From the IMG/VR virus record IMGVR_UViG_3300006990_000020, positions 9,715-73,714 of that record: DNA of 64,000 bases; one strand, given 5' to 3'. Of this stretch, positions 11,301 to 20,886 are shown piece after piece (the stretch's first letter is position 1; each line of letters begins with the position of its first letter). Both the position numbers and the translations under genes were made by a program. The notes under the pieces were generated by a model. It ran no database searches. It was not told the origin of the DNA and saw only the letters and a list, made by a program, of their open reading frames with translations. The DNA comes from a virus.

Positions 11301-14006
11301 TATAAAAGGGCTTTCTTCAAAAGTATCAATACAATTTTCTTTAAATGTATCATAAAGAAGAGTAAAGTTGTCTTGTTGAACTATTTTAGATTTTACCTTG
11401 TCAAATATAGATTGAAATATCTTATTGTCTGAACGTTTTTTTCTTATTAAATTAATAACGTTTGATATTTTTAAAGTTAAATGTGCAACATTATTTTTTT
11501 CACTAAAGACACTTAAAACATTATCAGTTGTGTTTCTTTTGTTCAAAAATCTTTCGTCAGCATCCTTTATTGATTTTATTTTGATATCATTTAAACCTAA
11601 GTCTTTTATTTTTTTATTACTGTAGTTAGACAAAATGACATCTTTAATTTCTTTTGAATTTAAAAAGCTGTTGCTTGTACTAAAAACAAAACAGTCGTTT
11701 TTTATTTTTTCAATATCACTTTCATATATGTTACCTCTGTCTTTTAAAGACGTATTAAACAAAGAAGAAATATTGTCAACATCATCATCACTATCTCGAA
11801 TATTTTGTAATTTTGTGGCGAAGTCGCTAAAAGTTGTTATGCTTATGTTGTCTTTTGTTCTTATAACATAGTCATCCAAATAGCTTTCAAAAGATGTTGA
11901 CGAACTAGTGCTTGTAATTTTTACTGTGTTATTTAAAGTATTTTCTCCTCCATTTATAAATTTAGAGTATTTTACTTTTAAAAAATCAAGAAAAGAATCC
12001 ACAGCGTTTATATAAGATAACCCAAAACTGCTATTATTTAATAATGACCCAACATCATTACCACCAGTGTTAACATCTTCAGAAAAGTTATAAGGACCGC
12101 TAAACAGACTTTCTTTTATTTTATCCTTAATTTCACTTTCACTGTCAATACTGCTCCGATTATTATGTGATGATAAGTCTGCTATCGATCTATTAGTCAG
12201 TGTAACATCATTTCCTTCCTCTAGTCTTTCAATAGAATTAGGTGATGTGTTTTTTGTAAAATATCTCGTAGGTAGCTTTAAAAAACAAGGTAATAAATAC
12301 GCATTACTAGAATTATATTTAGTATCGACGTCCAAATATATTTTCTCAAATAAAAACTCATTGCTGCTAAAGCTCTGATCTCCTGTCACTCTATTTGGAT
12401 CTTTATCTACTGCTTTAATAGAAAATATATTATTGTCTATTTCATTTTGATTGGAACGATTAACACTTTTTTTACCAGCCAAGCTTTTTCTGTTTTTATA
12501 ACTTGTCCCTCTTGTATTAGTATCTTCGCCTTCGTTATATTTTTCACCAGTATCAATAATATCACTTCCAGAAAAAAACAAAAGAGAGTTAATAACAGTT
12601 AAAGGCTCATAGTTTTCGTTTACTAACGTCTCATCAATATTTTTCAATACTTTGTCAATATTTAAAGTATTGCCTGTAACTGCTAAAAACTCTAGTTTTT
12701 TATTGCTAAATATCCTAGAGTTAATATTTAAATCTTTAAACTGTATTATTGGGTACTTGTTAAAAGCATCACCATTTATTTTTTTTCTTATACTTGAACT
12801 GTAATAATTTAAGTTTAACACATCATCAGAATTTGGGTAAATGCTGTTTTGACCAACAGCATAATTTACCATAAATTGTCCTACAAGTCTATCAGTATTA
12901 ACAATTTTAAAGTTTGACACACTATTACTAAATCTAACGTCTTTTTCTTTGTAGTCAAATCCTGAGATATTTTTGTAGAATATTTCTAAATTTTCCTTGC
13001 TTAATATAGACTTTGAAGACTTATGCTGTAAGTCTAAAAGTACTTCGTCATCTCCTCCAGTTAGTTTTTTGTAGTTGTTACTATTTAAAAGTATTTGATT
13101 TGATATTTTTCCAATAAAATCACTTTTTCCTTCTTTTATGAAGTTTTCAATTATATTTCCGTAATTAATTTCGTTTTCTAGTCTATTACTTAATTTTGAA
13201 GTTTTATTGATTTTATTTACAAGTCTTATCGATTTATTGTAACTTTCTTGAATTAATTCGTTATGTTTGAAGTCGTCAACGTATAAAAACAGTCTGTCAG
13301 AATGTGACTCTTTAATTTCTATTTCACTGTTTTTCAAATTAAGTAGTGTTGAGTTTTCTTGACTTCTAAAGTCCAAGAAAAGCAAATTTGTATCAAATTC
13401 CCCAGATGACAGTTTGTTTATCTTGAATATTTCATGCGAAAGAACTTTGATATTTGTATTTTGCATGCTCTTTCTTGATCTTTCGATCAACTTTCCTAAA
13501 CTAGTAAAAGAAAACTCATCAATACTGAAGTCACCTTCAACAAAATCCCCTTCAGTAAAATCTAACAAAAAAGTATCATCTGGCAATAAATCCACAACCT
13601 CAACGAGTTGACTTATTCTTGTATCATCAATGCTGTCTTGACTCGTTGAGGTTATTCTATTTCCCGAAAAAGATGACGTTAGTCTATCAACCACAGTGTT
13701 AGGATTTTGTATTTCATTTGTTTGTTGATTGTCAACATTACTCACAGCGTTTTCTAAGTCACTAAAGTCTTCTATTTCTAAACTTGATTTTGTGAATGTT
13801 CTTAATACTCGATTTTGCTGACTCAGTATTTTAGACTCTAAGTTTTTTTTAAAAATAATAGGGTCTAGTTTAATTTGATACTCTTTTTCTTTTTGACTGT
13901 TAAGATCATTAATAGGACTATCATTAACAGACTTAAGTCCTGAGCTTTTACCAGAAGAACGAACTAATATACTTGAAGACCCTGTGCTTTGTTTGATTAC
14001 TGGCAT
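8376..14006 (-). CDS. Very large hypothetical protein (1876 aa, N/S/K/I-rich), probably virion-associated
   Basis: Uninterrupted ORF inside the baseplate module; no motif recognised. Confidence 0.5.
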   Translation of the reverse strand: MPVIKQSTGSSSILVRSSGKSSGLKSVNDSPINDLNSQKEKEYQIKLDPIIFKKNLESKILSQQNRVLRTFTKSSLEIEDFSDLENAVSNVDNQQTNEIQNPNTVVDRLTSSFSGNRITSTSQDSIDDTRISQLVEVVDLLPDDTFLLDFTEGDFVEGDFSIDEFSFTSLGKLIERSRKSMQNTNIKVLSHEIFKINKLSSGEFDTNLLFLDFRSQENSTLLNLKNSEIEIKESHSDRLFLYVDDFKHNELIQESYNKSIRLVNKINKTSKLSNRLENEINYGNIIENFIKEGKSDFIGKISNQILLNSNNYKKLTGGDDEVLLDLQHKSSKSILSKENLEIFYKNISGFDYKEKDVRFSNSVSNFKIVNTDRLVGQFMVNYAVGQNSIYPNSDDVLNLNYYSSSIRKKINGDAFNKYPIIQFKDLNINSRIFSNKKLEFLAVTGNTLNIDKVLKNIDETLVNENYEPLTVINSLLFFSGSDIIDTGEKYNEGEDTNTRGTSYKNRKSLAGKKSVNRSNQNEIDNNIFSIKAVDKDPNRVTGDQSFSSNEFLFEKIYLDVDTKYNSSNAYLLPCFLKLPTRYFTKNTSPNSIERLEEGNDVTLTNRSIADLSSHNNRSSIDSESEIKDKIKESLFSGPYNFSEDVNTGGNDVGSLLNNSSFGLSYINAVDSFLDFLKVKYSKFINGGENTLNNTVKITSTSSSTSFESYLDDYVIRTKDNISITTFSDFATKLQNIRDSDDDVDNISSLFNTSLKDRGNIYESDIEKIKNDCFVFSTSNSFLNSKEIKDVILSNYSNKKIKDLGLNDIKIKSIKDADERFLNKRNTTDNVLSVFSEKNNVAHLTLKISNVINLIRKKRSDNKIFQSIFDKVKSKIVQQDNFTLLYDTFKENCIDTFEESPFITSKGFYKNNFVEEFNSENKNTTKLVIDKDNDIEDNKLFTSKEFRKYLSKIYTKSFVRSKSTLLNRILSDNIDMFELESDYPRSFSNISNYFGFDVLLAKSLSGINRNNANEVKDVCKIILANSIIKSCGIDSQIKSVYKLPSSRFGGKSSSKTLNKDISDDLRKIFGEEIINNFVNVIFNKENIYSMNNKIIRSVHTNSMNNIKSFNLTSVDAINGLSLDYVDGNMCELVFPGHYVVKEFGKKEDAIKSVSGSAIRKSSTINDNFFSSQANINNKKRELRENLYQASSNMSYNYDVFINEEETGTVFYEKSEEDSSYSKKGFNFAKDEINKGIDLKITYNLFKRVLKSDIRGLNNDGLGKLVVPYRNSFVYIPMSYFYLSTKRNTFSRKITDICTDLLSVFDIKYDNINNVEEVFKFIDNNTYLTRITQDILEVFSIIYLQSFESYNTYTEEKIRLESINKDMSIDEFRFFVKDYNILNSSIENRSFVVSDIKSILSQNSEQLENPEYQTSDIILQNSPAVINRDVIHTKRFFELQVVNKILQNSDISESLCLDIIHGYFANLESNKILEIENKKELEKNIEEISKTINSIQGISSINIQDHIFDEFYQNKLSKDIQEIMFYKNIFNETFIRNNLYNSNRQKYENENMFNHRKLFYNNSYNRGLQSLNLIGNYSSSEVNSLLDILKIPIDFKIANKIGTRGFLKINIQPVNLKYPEIEYKSISKYYTPMLTGLTSNFMSSLSSNFFDFCGIYNDTQKISERYNVVSKDIAISEVKNLLSDIFSLAAEEGRVVLNANTSLLSSSVYDDNIISSAISHLDFITQSPLNENIKLNGEKLDNLINKETISLLNSVDIESLKNAIGKIDENILSDDFVENDKEYTQTLGNSKVLKNNEFYHKFIKDLDRDMSQQDLILAMIPNNIYDVFNIVVNRDLISIDTGSSSNEIIDMGLGSFNSPVGSLNKSLCISYYISFEVL

Positions 14007-14091
14007 TTGTTTTTACAACTTTCCTTATAGATTATTAAGTCTCTTTGAAAGTAATCGCAGACTTAAAACTGATTATTCATAAACTATAATG

Positions 14092-14100
14092 CTAAGTATT
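14092..14100 (-). promoter_or_regulatory. Putative late promoter motif AATACTTAG
   Basis: Copy of the recurrent ATA[ACT]TTAG motif in the 114-bp gap upstream of the 1876-aa gene. Confidence 0.45.
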
Positions 14101-14120
14101 ATTATAACCAAGCATTCCTA

Positions 14121-16553
14121 TTATAGTAAATCTTCTTTTGTAATTGATATCTCTTGCAAAATTTTTCCTTGACTATTAGAAAGATTAGTTATACCAAAAA
14201 CTTTTCTAACAAAATCTTCTCTGTTTGAATTGAAAGTCTTTTTATATCCTAGATTGAAAACGTCTGTTAGCTCAGAAGTGCTATAGTTAGGATTTAAATT
14301 AGAAATTATTTCTACTATCTTACTTTTACTTTCATTTATCTCTTCCGAACTCTTGTTCTTTGGAGAGCCTAGACACTTTGTAACTTTTTGACTAAGTAAT
14401 ATAGGTTCTAATGTTGTTCGAAAACTACAATTAAAATCTCTAGATAAACCATTAAAGTTTCTTTCTTTTACAAACAATAAGTCTCTTTTGATTGTAGCTT
14501 CTACATCAAGAATATTTAAATTTACCAGATTAGCAGTTTTGCTTTGATTTTTTATGTTATAATCTGTCTTCGAATCAGTACTTATAGAAGGTATGTCACT
14601 TAAAAAACAATAATGTTGTATGCTGAAAAGCGTCATGTTATTGTTAACAGATAAGGTTTTTTCTATTTTTACAAGTATAGATCCTAAAACTTCTCTCCTA
14701 CTATCGACAGAGCTCAAAGGATTAACAAGCGTATTTAAAATCATATCAGGAAAAAAGTCTAATTTTTGAATACTTGGCAAGTTATCATTAATAAAATCCT
14801 TCAACATGAACTCAAATGTCTGATCAATTGATTCTCCACTAATTAAAGTTAAAAGATCGTCCACGTTTGTCGTGTTTTTTTGTGAAACTATTTGAATTTT
14901 TTCTTTCATCTTATTTTCTAAAAATCTAAACGAACTTATACTCTGCCTAAATTCACTTGTAATAATTTCCCCTTCTGCTTTGAAAGGCCCAACCCTTATC
15001 ACGTTTGGACTTGCACTTGTTGAAGGCTGGAGAGTGTTATAAAAATTAACAAAAACTTCTTTAATATTATCTAGATTAAAATACAAATTAATATTATTAC
15101 TATCATTATAACTTTCTATTTTATTGTTAGAATTAATTAGAACTGAGTTTTCTTCTGAGAGGCTTTTGTCAAAATAAAACTCTTCAACAGACACATTTCT
15201 TTGTCCAGTAGTTTCTGTATCGTCATAAACGACGAAGTCGAAGCTTATTGCGTTTTTAAAAACTTTTTGTTTTTTATGCAAAGAATTGTTAAAAGACAAA
15301 GTTAATTTGTTTAAGAAACTACTCTCATTATTGTTGTCTTTTAATATGCTTAAAACAAAAACTTTCTTGTCTTTGATGTCATTACTAAAATTGAATCTTT
15401 GAATATCTTCAAATGCTTGAGTTAAATTTTCTTTACTAAAGCTTTCTTCTTTTATTAACGTCATGTCTTCAATTTTAATACTATTAAACAACGTACTTGA
15501 TGCACTAAGCACTACTTTGTAATACACTTTTATTTTGCTCAAGTTTTCATTAATTGATCTGTTGTATAACTTTGTTATTACGTCTTTGTAGTCTTGATTT
15601 TTTAAGCAATTAAGTTTAAAATTTCTTTTTAATATGCTTATAAGTGATATATCTTCTTCTAGAAAATCTGATATTCTTGATGTGTCAACAGAAATTAATT
15701 TCAATTCTGACGGCCTAGGGGTGTCTAAATTGTCTACTAAATAAAAGCTCAAATTTACTAGCAAACCTCCAGATTCTTCGCTATTGACAATTTCTTGAAT
15801 AGCTTGTTCGTTAACCATAATCTCAGTACCGGTATCTTCTACAAATACTATATTTTCATTGCTAGACGAACTACTAAAACTAAACTTACTAAGTCTTAAT
15901 CTAAAACCATCTAAGACTTCGTTAAGTCGACTAGATAAAACATTTAATTTTATTTTTTGACTTAACTCAGACTCACTTTCAATGTAATTTTGAATATTAC
16001 GTGATCTAGTCTCAATATTGTCTACAACTTCGTTTTTTTCGTTTAACGCATATACTCTAATGAAAAAGTCATTAAATTCTTCTTTAATGTTTGTTATTTG
16101 ATCTGTACCAGGCTTAAATTTACCGCTTGTTATTATAGTTGCGTCAACAATATCTTGTAAATCAGTAGAAGTGACAACTTCAAACATATCCACGTCAGCG
16201 GCAGGAATATTAACATTAAAAATATTTCCTTTAAAACTAACTTGATCTTTTGAATTAACGATATTTTTTGCGTAAATACTTTTATAAATATTGCTATTTT
16301 TTTCATCTACAACATCATTGATTTTGTAAGACTTTTTGTTGTCTGAATTGTTCTTTATATGATAAGGTTTTTTAACTGTGTTTGTAAAAGAAACAGGTGT
16401 AAAAGTAACCAGTATTTTTTTTACATTAAAAAAACTAGAGCTATTTTTCGACATCTCTATTGGTATATAAAACTTACCATCCGCTGATGCAGAAAATGAG
16501 CTGTTTAATTTTATTTTTTTTAAAACCTGACCTGTTTTTGACTTTGCTAGCAT
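14121..16553 (-). CDS. Hypothetical protein (810 aa)
   Basis: Long ORF in the structural module; no recognisable motif. Confidence 0.5.
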   Translation of the reverse strand: MLAKSKTGQVLKKIKLNSSFSASADGKFYIPIEMSKNSSSFFNVKKILVTFTPVSFTNTVKKPYHIKNNSDNKKSYKINDVVDEKNSNIYKSIYAKNIVNSKDQVSFKGNIFNVNIPAADVDMFEVVTSTDLQDIVDATIITSGKFKPGTDQITNIKEEFNDFFIRVYALNEKNEVVDNIETRSRNIQNYIESESELSQKIKLNVLSSRLNEVLDGFRLRLSKFSFSSSSSNENIVFVEDTGTEIMVNEQAIQEIVNSEESGGLLVNLSFYLVDNLDTPRPSELKLISVDTSRISDFLEEDISLISILKRNFKLNCLKNQDYKDVITKLYNRSINENLSKIKVYYKVVLSASSTLFNSIKIEDMTLIKEESFSKENLTQAFEDIQRFNFSNDIKDKKVFVLSILKDNNNESSFLNKLTLSFNNSLHKKQKVFKNAISFDFVVYDDTETTGQRNVSVEEFYFDKSLSEENSVLINSNNKIESYNDSNNINLYFNLDNIKEVFVNFYNTLQPSTSASPNVIRVGPFKAEGEIITSEFRQSISSFRFLENKMKEKIQIVSQKNTTNVDDLLTLISGESIDQTFEFMLKDFINDNLPSIQKLDFFPDMILNTLVNPLSSVDSRREVLGSILVKIEKTLSVNNNMTLFSIQHYCFLSDIPSISTDSKTDYNIKNQSKTANLVNLNILDVEATIKRDLLFVKERNFNGLSRDFNCSFRTTLEPILLSQKVTKCLGSPKNKSSEEINESKSKIVEIISNLNPNYSTSELTDVFNLGYKKTFNSNREDFVRKVFGITNLSNSQGKILQEISITKEDLL

Positions 16554-16556
16554 TGA

Positions 16557-17564
16557 CTACTCTACTACAACTGTAAACATATTTACAAATTTATAATTAA
16601 CTATACTTTTTCTTCCGCCTGTCCTGTTTTCAATATTAAACTTTTCTTCAATATTTTTATCGACAATAAACTTGCCTACAAGAAAAACGTTAATAAATCG
16701 ATTTCTATTTTTATCAAAAACTTTTCCTAGATTAATAAACGGAAGTTTTCTTAGACTGCCAGAAACAACTTCATGCATTTCAAAGTGAAAAACATCATCA
16801 GACTTCAACGTAGAAGAATCTAGTTTATATCTTAAATAGTGAAACTTTGTCGAACTTTCTTTTTCGAGTATTGAAATTGTTTTTGAAATTACTTCTGATC
16901 TAGAATCTGTTTCTAATATTTTATTTTTGATGTCGAATGTCTTGAATATTGAAGTTTTATTACCTTCTAAATCAATACTATTTTCGATTAAAGGTAATCC
17001 GTCTTGATTGATCGGCATCATTTTTTTAAACTTTAATATTTCATTAAATCTCTTGTCATCTTTAATTTCTGCTATGTTTTCTATGTTTTCATTTAAAACT
17101 TTAACTGTTGGATACTTTCTAGAAATAATGCTGTCATAAAAATCAAAGTTAGTGCTTATTGTTATTTCATCAAATATAAAACTAGTTTCGAAAATACCTT
17201 TTGAGTTTGTTAAAGTTTTGTTAATTAAAAACTTTCTAGATGCAAGATTTTCGACTGTTAGATTTTGAGCCTGAGTCACAGAAAAAAAACTATTAACTGG
17301 ATTATCATATGTGAGCTTGCTTGACAAAAAATACTCAGGATTGGTTTGAAGTCCTGGATCAGTAGTAGTCTCAAAAGGAAGATAATAAATCTCAGAATCA
17401 GATACTCTTTGACCATCAACAGCAGTCTTGCTCTGGTACACAATTGATCTATCAGAAAAAGTGTAATACTTAAACCTTATGTCCCCTGACGCTAGTTGAT
17501 TTCTACCATTTTCAGTGAGTTTGTAGTCTAAAATCCTACTTTTTTTATTTAAAAAACCTGACAT
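16557..17564 (-). CDS. Baseplate-associated protein, paralog of 5939..6682
   Basis: MSGFLNKKSRILDYKLTENGRNQLASG..F..Y.FSD..I.Y...LPFE aligns with the N-terminus of the 247-aa protein. Confidence 0.55.
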   Translation of the reverse strand: MSGFLNKKSRILDYKLTENGRNQLASGDIRFKYYTFSDRSIVYQSKTAVDGQRVSDSEIYYLPFETTTDPGLQTNPEYFLSSKLTYDNPVNSFFSVTQAQNLTVENLASRKFLINKTLTNSKGIFETSFIFDEITISTNFDFYDSIISRKYPTVKVLNENIENIAEIKDDKRFNEILKFKKMMPINQDGLPLIENSIDLEGNKTSIFKTFDIKNKILETDSRSEVISKTISILEKESSTKFHYLRYKLDSSTLKSDDVFHFEMHEVVSGSLRKLPFINLGKVFDKNRNRFINVFLVGKFIVDKNIEEKFNIENRTGGRKSIVNYKFVNMFTVVVE

Positions 17565-17596
17565 TTATCTTCCTTTACTTTTCTTAAACAACGATG

Positions 17597-17605
17597 CTAA
17601 TTATT
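17597..17605 (-). promoter_or_regulatory. Putative late promoter motif AATAATTAG
   Basis: Overlaps the stop codon of 17601..19823 and lies about 33 nt upstream of the 17564 start. Confidence 0.45.
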
Positions 17606-19823
17606 CGACAAAAGGATTTGGGTAGTCAATTGTTGAGTTTCGTGTCGGATTTTGAGTAATTGTAGAAGTCTTTTTAGTCAAGAAGTTAGTCATAAATAGT
17701 TTTTTGACTAAAAAGACTTTATTTTTGTCTTTCCTGTAAGCTGATGATTTAAAATAATAAAGTTTGTCTTTTGGTTGACCAAACTTTAAATAGCTTAGAT
17801 AGCTGCTGTTGTAAAAAACAGCACCACCAACTGAAGATGGGTCGTTGTCTACAAGTTTTTCGTTGCTATTTTTAACTTTCAAATAATTGTTGAAAGATTT
17901 GCTATTAGAGTTAAAAAGTGAGCCAGAGTCAATATTAGGTATACTTAAAGCACCACCAATAGGCAGCGGTAAAGACACATATACATTTGCATCATAATAT
18001 GCACCTTTATTAAGATAAATGTTACTCATACCAACACTGTCAACAATATTGTCTGTATTTCCTAGAACGTTAACAGTTCCTTTAAGACTATAATTCTGTC
18101 TATTATTAGAAAAGTATTTTGAGTTTCTCATGTATCTACCTACTAGCTCGATAGATACTTTGTCATGTAATATTGAAATGTCTTTTCCTAATTTTGAAGT
18201 ATTGAGATGACTTATATTTTTGTTTGTATCAAAAGAAAATCCTAAAATTAAGTTGTCGCTAGGATGTAAAACATATCCATTTTCTTTTTTGGACTCACTT
18301 CCAAACGACAAAGTAACATTATTATCATCTGTAGATGTCTTTAGGTTTTTTTGAGGCTCAAATACTGTGCTTAATGATCTTTCTGACCTATAAATGCAAC
18401 CCGACCTAGTCTCAAATTTAGAAGAAGGATATATCTGGAATTGACTAATTGTTTCTAATCTATCATTATATACAGGCATTGCCACAGTGCCATATGATTC
18501 AATACTTTTTCTAACAAAATCAATTTCAGCAAAATTAGAAGACAAAGAAGGCTGCTGTATTGTCTCGCTATAATAGTTTGCATCACTTTTAATTTTTTGT
18601 TTATCTATTACACTATCAGTATTAATAGAGCTTGAGTAGTTAACAAAATTAGTGTAGGCAACTAATTCTCTTTGAGAAGACTGTTTTTCTGGATAAGTTA
18701 TGCTTTCTTGATCTATAGATCCAGTAATTACTTGAGTTGATTCACTTACAGTACCTGTATTTGTCATTACTGTGTATGTATTATATGTCGAAGGAGAAAC
18801 ACCACCAATTTCATGATTTATAAGTTTCGTGCTAATTTGACTTGTATTATAATACTCAATTGTCTTAGTGTTGTCTTCTAAGTTTTCAAATGATATTCCA
18901 TTTAAGTTTGACCTTTGATTAATAACAAAAAAAGTAAGTGAATTTAGAATTGAAGAATTGTCTGTGGTAGTTGACTCTGCCTTTAATGTATTGCATATAT
19001 TAACTCTAATACCTTCTAAAACAAAGACGTCTGTTATGTGATGTTTGAGTGGAAAAAAGTGCCTTTTCATGCCTTGAAATCTTTTTTCGTAAGGAAATCC
19101 AAAAGTGTTGATTGGTGTTGCATTACTTGATTGCAAAATTTTATTCTGCTTATTTGATTCTAAGCTGTTAAAGGCAATCGGCGCTTTTAGAAATTCATCA
19201 ATGTTTTCAAAATAGTTTTTATCAACATCTAGCACGTATTCCCAGTTTTTATCTTCAAAATTAAAAAACACAACGTTTCCGTTGTGAGTATTGTAGTTTT
19301 CACCTAATAATGAAACTTGACTAGGATCGCTAGATTTCTTATTGAAGGAGAGTCGACAGTCACTAGAAAACTCTAAGTCAATAGGAATTACATGTGAAGA
19401 CGTTGTTTCCTGATCTGTTCTTTTATTTTTATTATCAACAAAAGGAGTCGAGTATGTGTCTAGATCTTCATGATTTTCCAAGATAAAATTACTACAGATA
19501 CCTCTTGTAACTAATTTACTGACTGTGTCTATAGTGTTAAATTCGTTAGGAGAATGCAGGACTTTGTTGTTTGACTTAAATCTGTCATTTACACAAAAGA
19601 CTGGATTAACATTGTCATATACAAAATTTATTGTATTATTGTCGTTATAAGGATTGATATTTACTTTTTTAGATACACTTGAAAAATTGTAGTCTGGAAG
19701 CGTAAATCTATCATAAGACTTTTCTTTCTTTACTATGTTCTTTAAAGATCTAGTTAAGATACCCGACTTTTTCCTGTATGAACCGTTTGAAAATAAATTA
19801 GGCTTATTTCTTATTTTTGGCAT
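17601..19823 (-). CDS. Hypothetical structural-module protein (740 aa)
   Basis: Long ORF with several P[FY]x[DE] motifs; function inferred from context only. Confidence 0.5.
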   Translation of the reverse strand: MPKIRNKPNLFSNGSYRKKSGILTRSLKNIVKKEKSYDRFTLPDYNFSSVSKKVNINPYNDNNTINFVYDNVNPVFCVNDRFKSNNKVLHSPNEFNTIDTVSKLVTRGICSNFILENHEDLDTYSTPFVDNKNKRTDQETTSSHVIPIDLEFSSDCRLSFNKKSSDPSQVSLLGENYNTHNGNVVFFNFEDKNWEYVLDVDKNYFENIDEFLKAPIAFNSLESNKQNKILQSSNATPINTFGFPYEKRFQGMKRHFFPLKHHITDVFVLEGIRVNICNTLKAESTTTDNSSILNSLTFFVINQRSNLNGISFENLEDNTKTIEYYNTSQISTKLINHEIGGVSPSTYNTYTVMTNTGTVSESTQVITGSIDQESITYPEKQSSQRELVAYTNFVNYSSSINTDSVIDKQKIKSDANYYSETIQQPSLSSNFAEIDFVRKSIESYGTVAMPVYNDRLETISQFQIYPSSKFETRSGCIYRSERSLSTVFEPQKNLKTSTDDNNVTLSFGSESKKENGYVLHPSDNLILGFSFDTNKNISHLNTSKLGKDISILHDKVSIELVGRYMRNSKYFSNNRQNYSLKGTVNVLGNTDNIVDSVGMSNIYLNKGAYYDANVYVSLPLPIGGALSIPNIDSGSLFNSNSKSFNNYLKVKNSNEKLVDNDPSSVGGAVFYNSSYLSYLKFGQPKDKLYYFKSSAYRKDKNKVFLVKKLFMTNFLTKKTSTITQNPTRNSTIDYPNPFVE

Positions 19824-19824
19824 A

Positions 19825-20877
19825 TCAATCTATACTTTCATAGTAAAATAAAGAATCATGTCCGTTATTAAGAGAGTAGTCAATTGATCTTCCTCTAGCT
19901 GCATAAATTCTTTCTTCTTCTATTACATTATAATATTTTTTGTTCTGCATTAAAATGTCATTCATACTACCATCTGAAAGCTTGTCGTAAAATATATGAG
20001 GGTCATTCTTTATTTTTGGGTTGTTTTTTTGATTGTCGATGTCATTATACGGTTTTATTTTTTGTGATTCAAACTTAACAAATCTTGGTTCATTACTTAT
20101 TTTTGTTGTATTTTTAAATTTTGCTACAACATTAGACGTAGTTTTTGTAATCGGGTTATAATCATAGTTGATACTCTCAAGAACAACTTTTTTTGATCTA
20201 TTGTACAAAATACCTGGCAATAAATTGTCTTCAAATGGAAAAGATTGTTTTTCTTCCTTAGTAAAATAATCTTGTATAGAAACATTTTCTTCTAAAGAGT
20301 TAGTACCATTTTTTGTTGCAAACCCTCTTAAACCTCTTATTTTGTCGACTCCTATACTAGTAAACTTAATATTGCTTAATATATTGAAATGATCAATATT
20401 ATTTCCTCTTTTATGAATATTAGTCCTATTAAACTGTATTGGATATATAAATCGTTGAATGTCACTTTCGTCAAGTGATACAAAATCAACCATATTCAGC
20501 CTAGGTCTATCCTGATATGCTACGCTATCAAGTTCAAGAAACAACTCGTTTTTACTAGCTTCACCATATCTTTTTCTATAAACCTCTTGAAAAGGCTTAA
20601 GTTGAACTTGTCCTTCTTTTTCTTCCTTGAAAGGTTTAATTTTATAGCTTTGATCTTCTCTTGTTACTTCTTTATATCTTTGATCAAGAATATTTTTCTG
20701 TATTCTTTCATTTTCTTCTCTAACGTCAAAGCCTATTTTAATCCTCTTATTTGTATCTTCCTTGAAACTTGATTTGCTTTTATTGAAGTGTCTTTCAATA
20801 TTGCTATAGTTGACAATGTATCCAAAACCTTCTTTGAAAAGATGACTTTCAAAACCCTTAATATTAATTACTTTCAA
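19825..20877 (-). CDS. Hypothetical protein (350 aa, TTG start)
   Basis: GAGG RBS before the TTG; repeated KP[FY]x[DE] motif. Confidence 0.5.
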   Translation of the reverse strand: MKVINIKGFESHLFKEGFGYIVNYSNIERHFNKSKSSFKEDTNKRIKIGFDVREENERIQKNILDQRYKEVTREDQSYKIKPFKEEKEGQVQLKPFQEVYRKRYGEASKNELFLELDSVAYQDRPRLNMVDFVSLDESDIQRFIYPIQFNRTNIHKRGNNIDHFNILSNIKFTSIGVDKIRGLRGFATKNGTNSLEENVSIQDYFTKEEKQSFPFEDNLLPGILYNRSKKVVLESINYDYNPITKTTSNVVAKFKNTTKISNEPRFVKFESQKIKPYNDIDNQKNNPKIKNDPHIFYDKLSDGSMNDILMQNKKYYNVIEEERIYAARGRSIDYSLNNGHDSLFYYESID

Positions 20878-20886
20878 TTTTAAACC

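Noticed and set aside
14007-14120. Possible ncRNA/tRNA or antisense promoter (TATAAT at 14085) in one of the largest gaps
   Set aside because: No cloverleaf or stable hairpin and no convincing -35; a TATAAT is expected by chance at this AT content.
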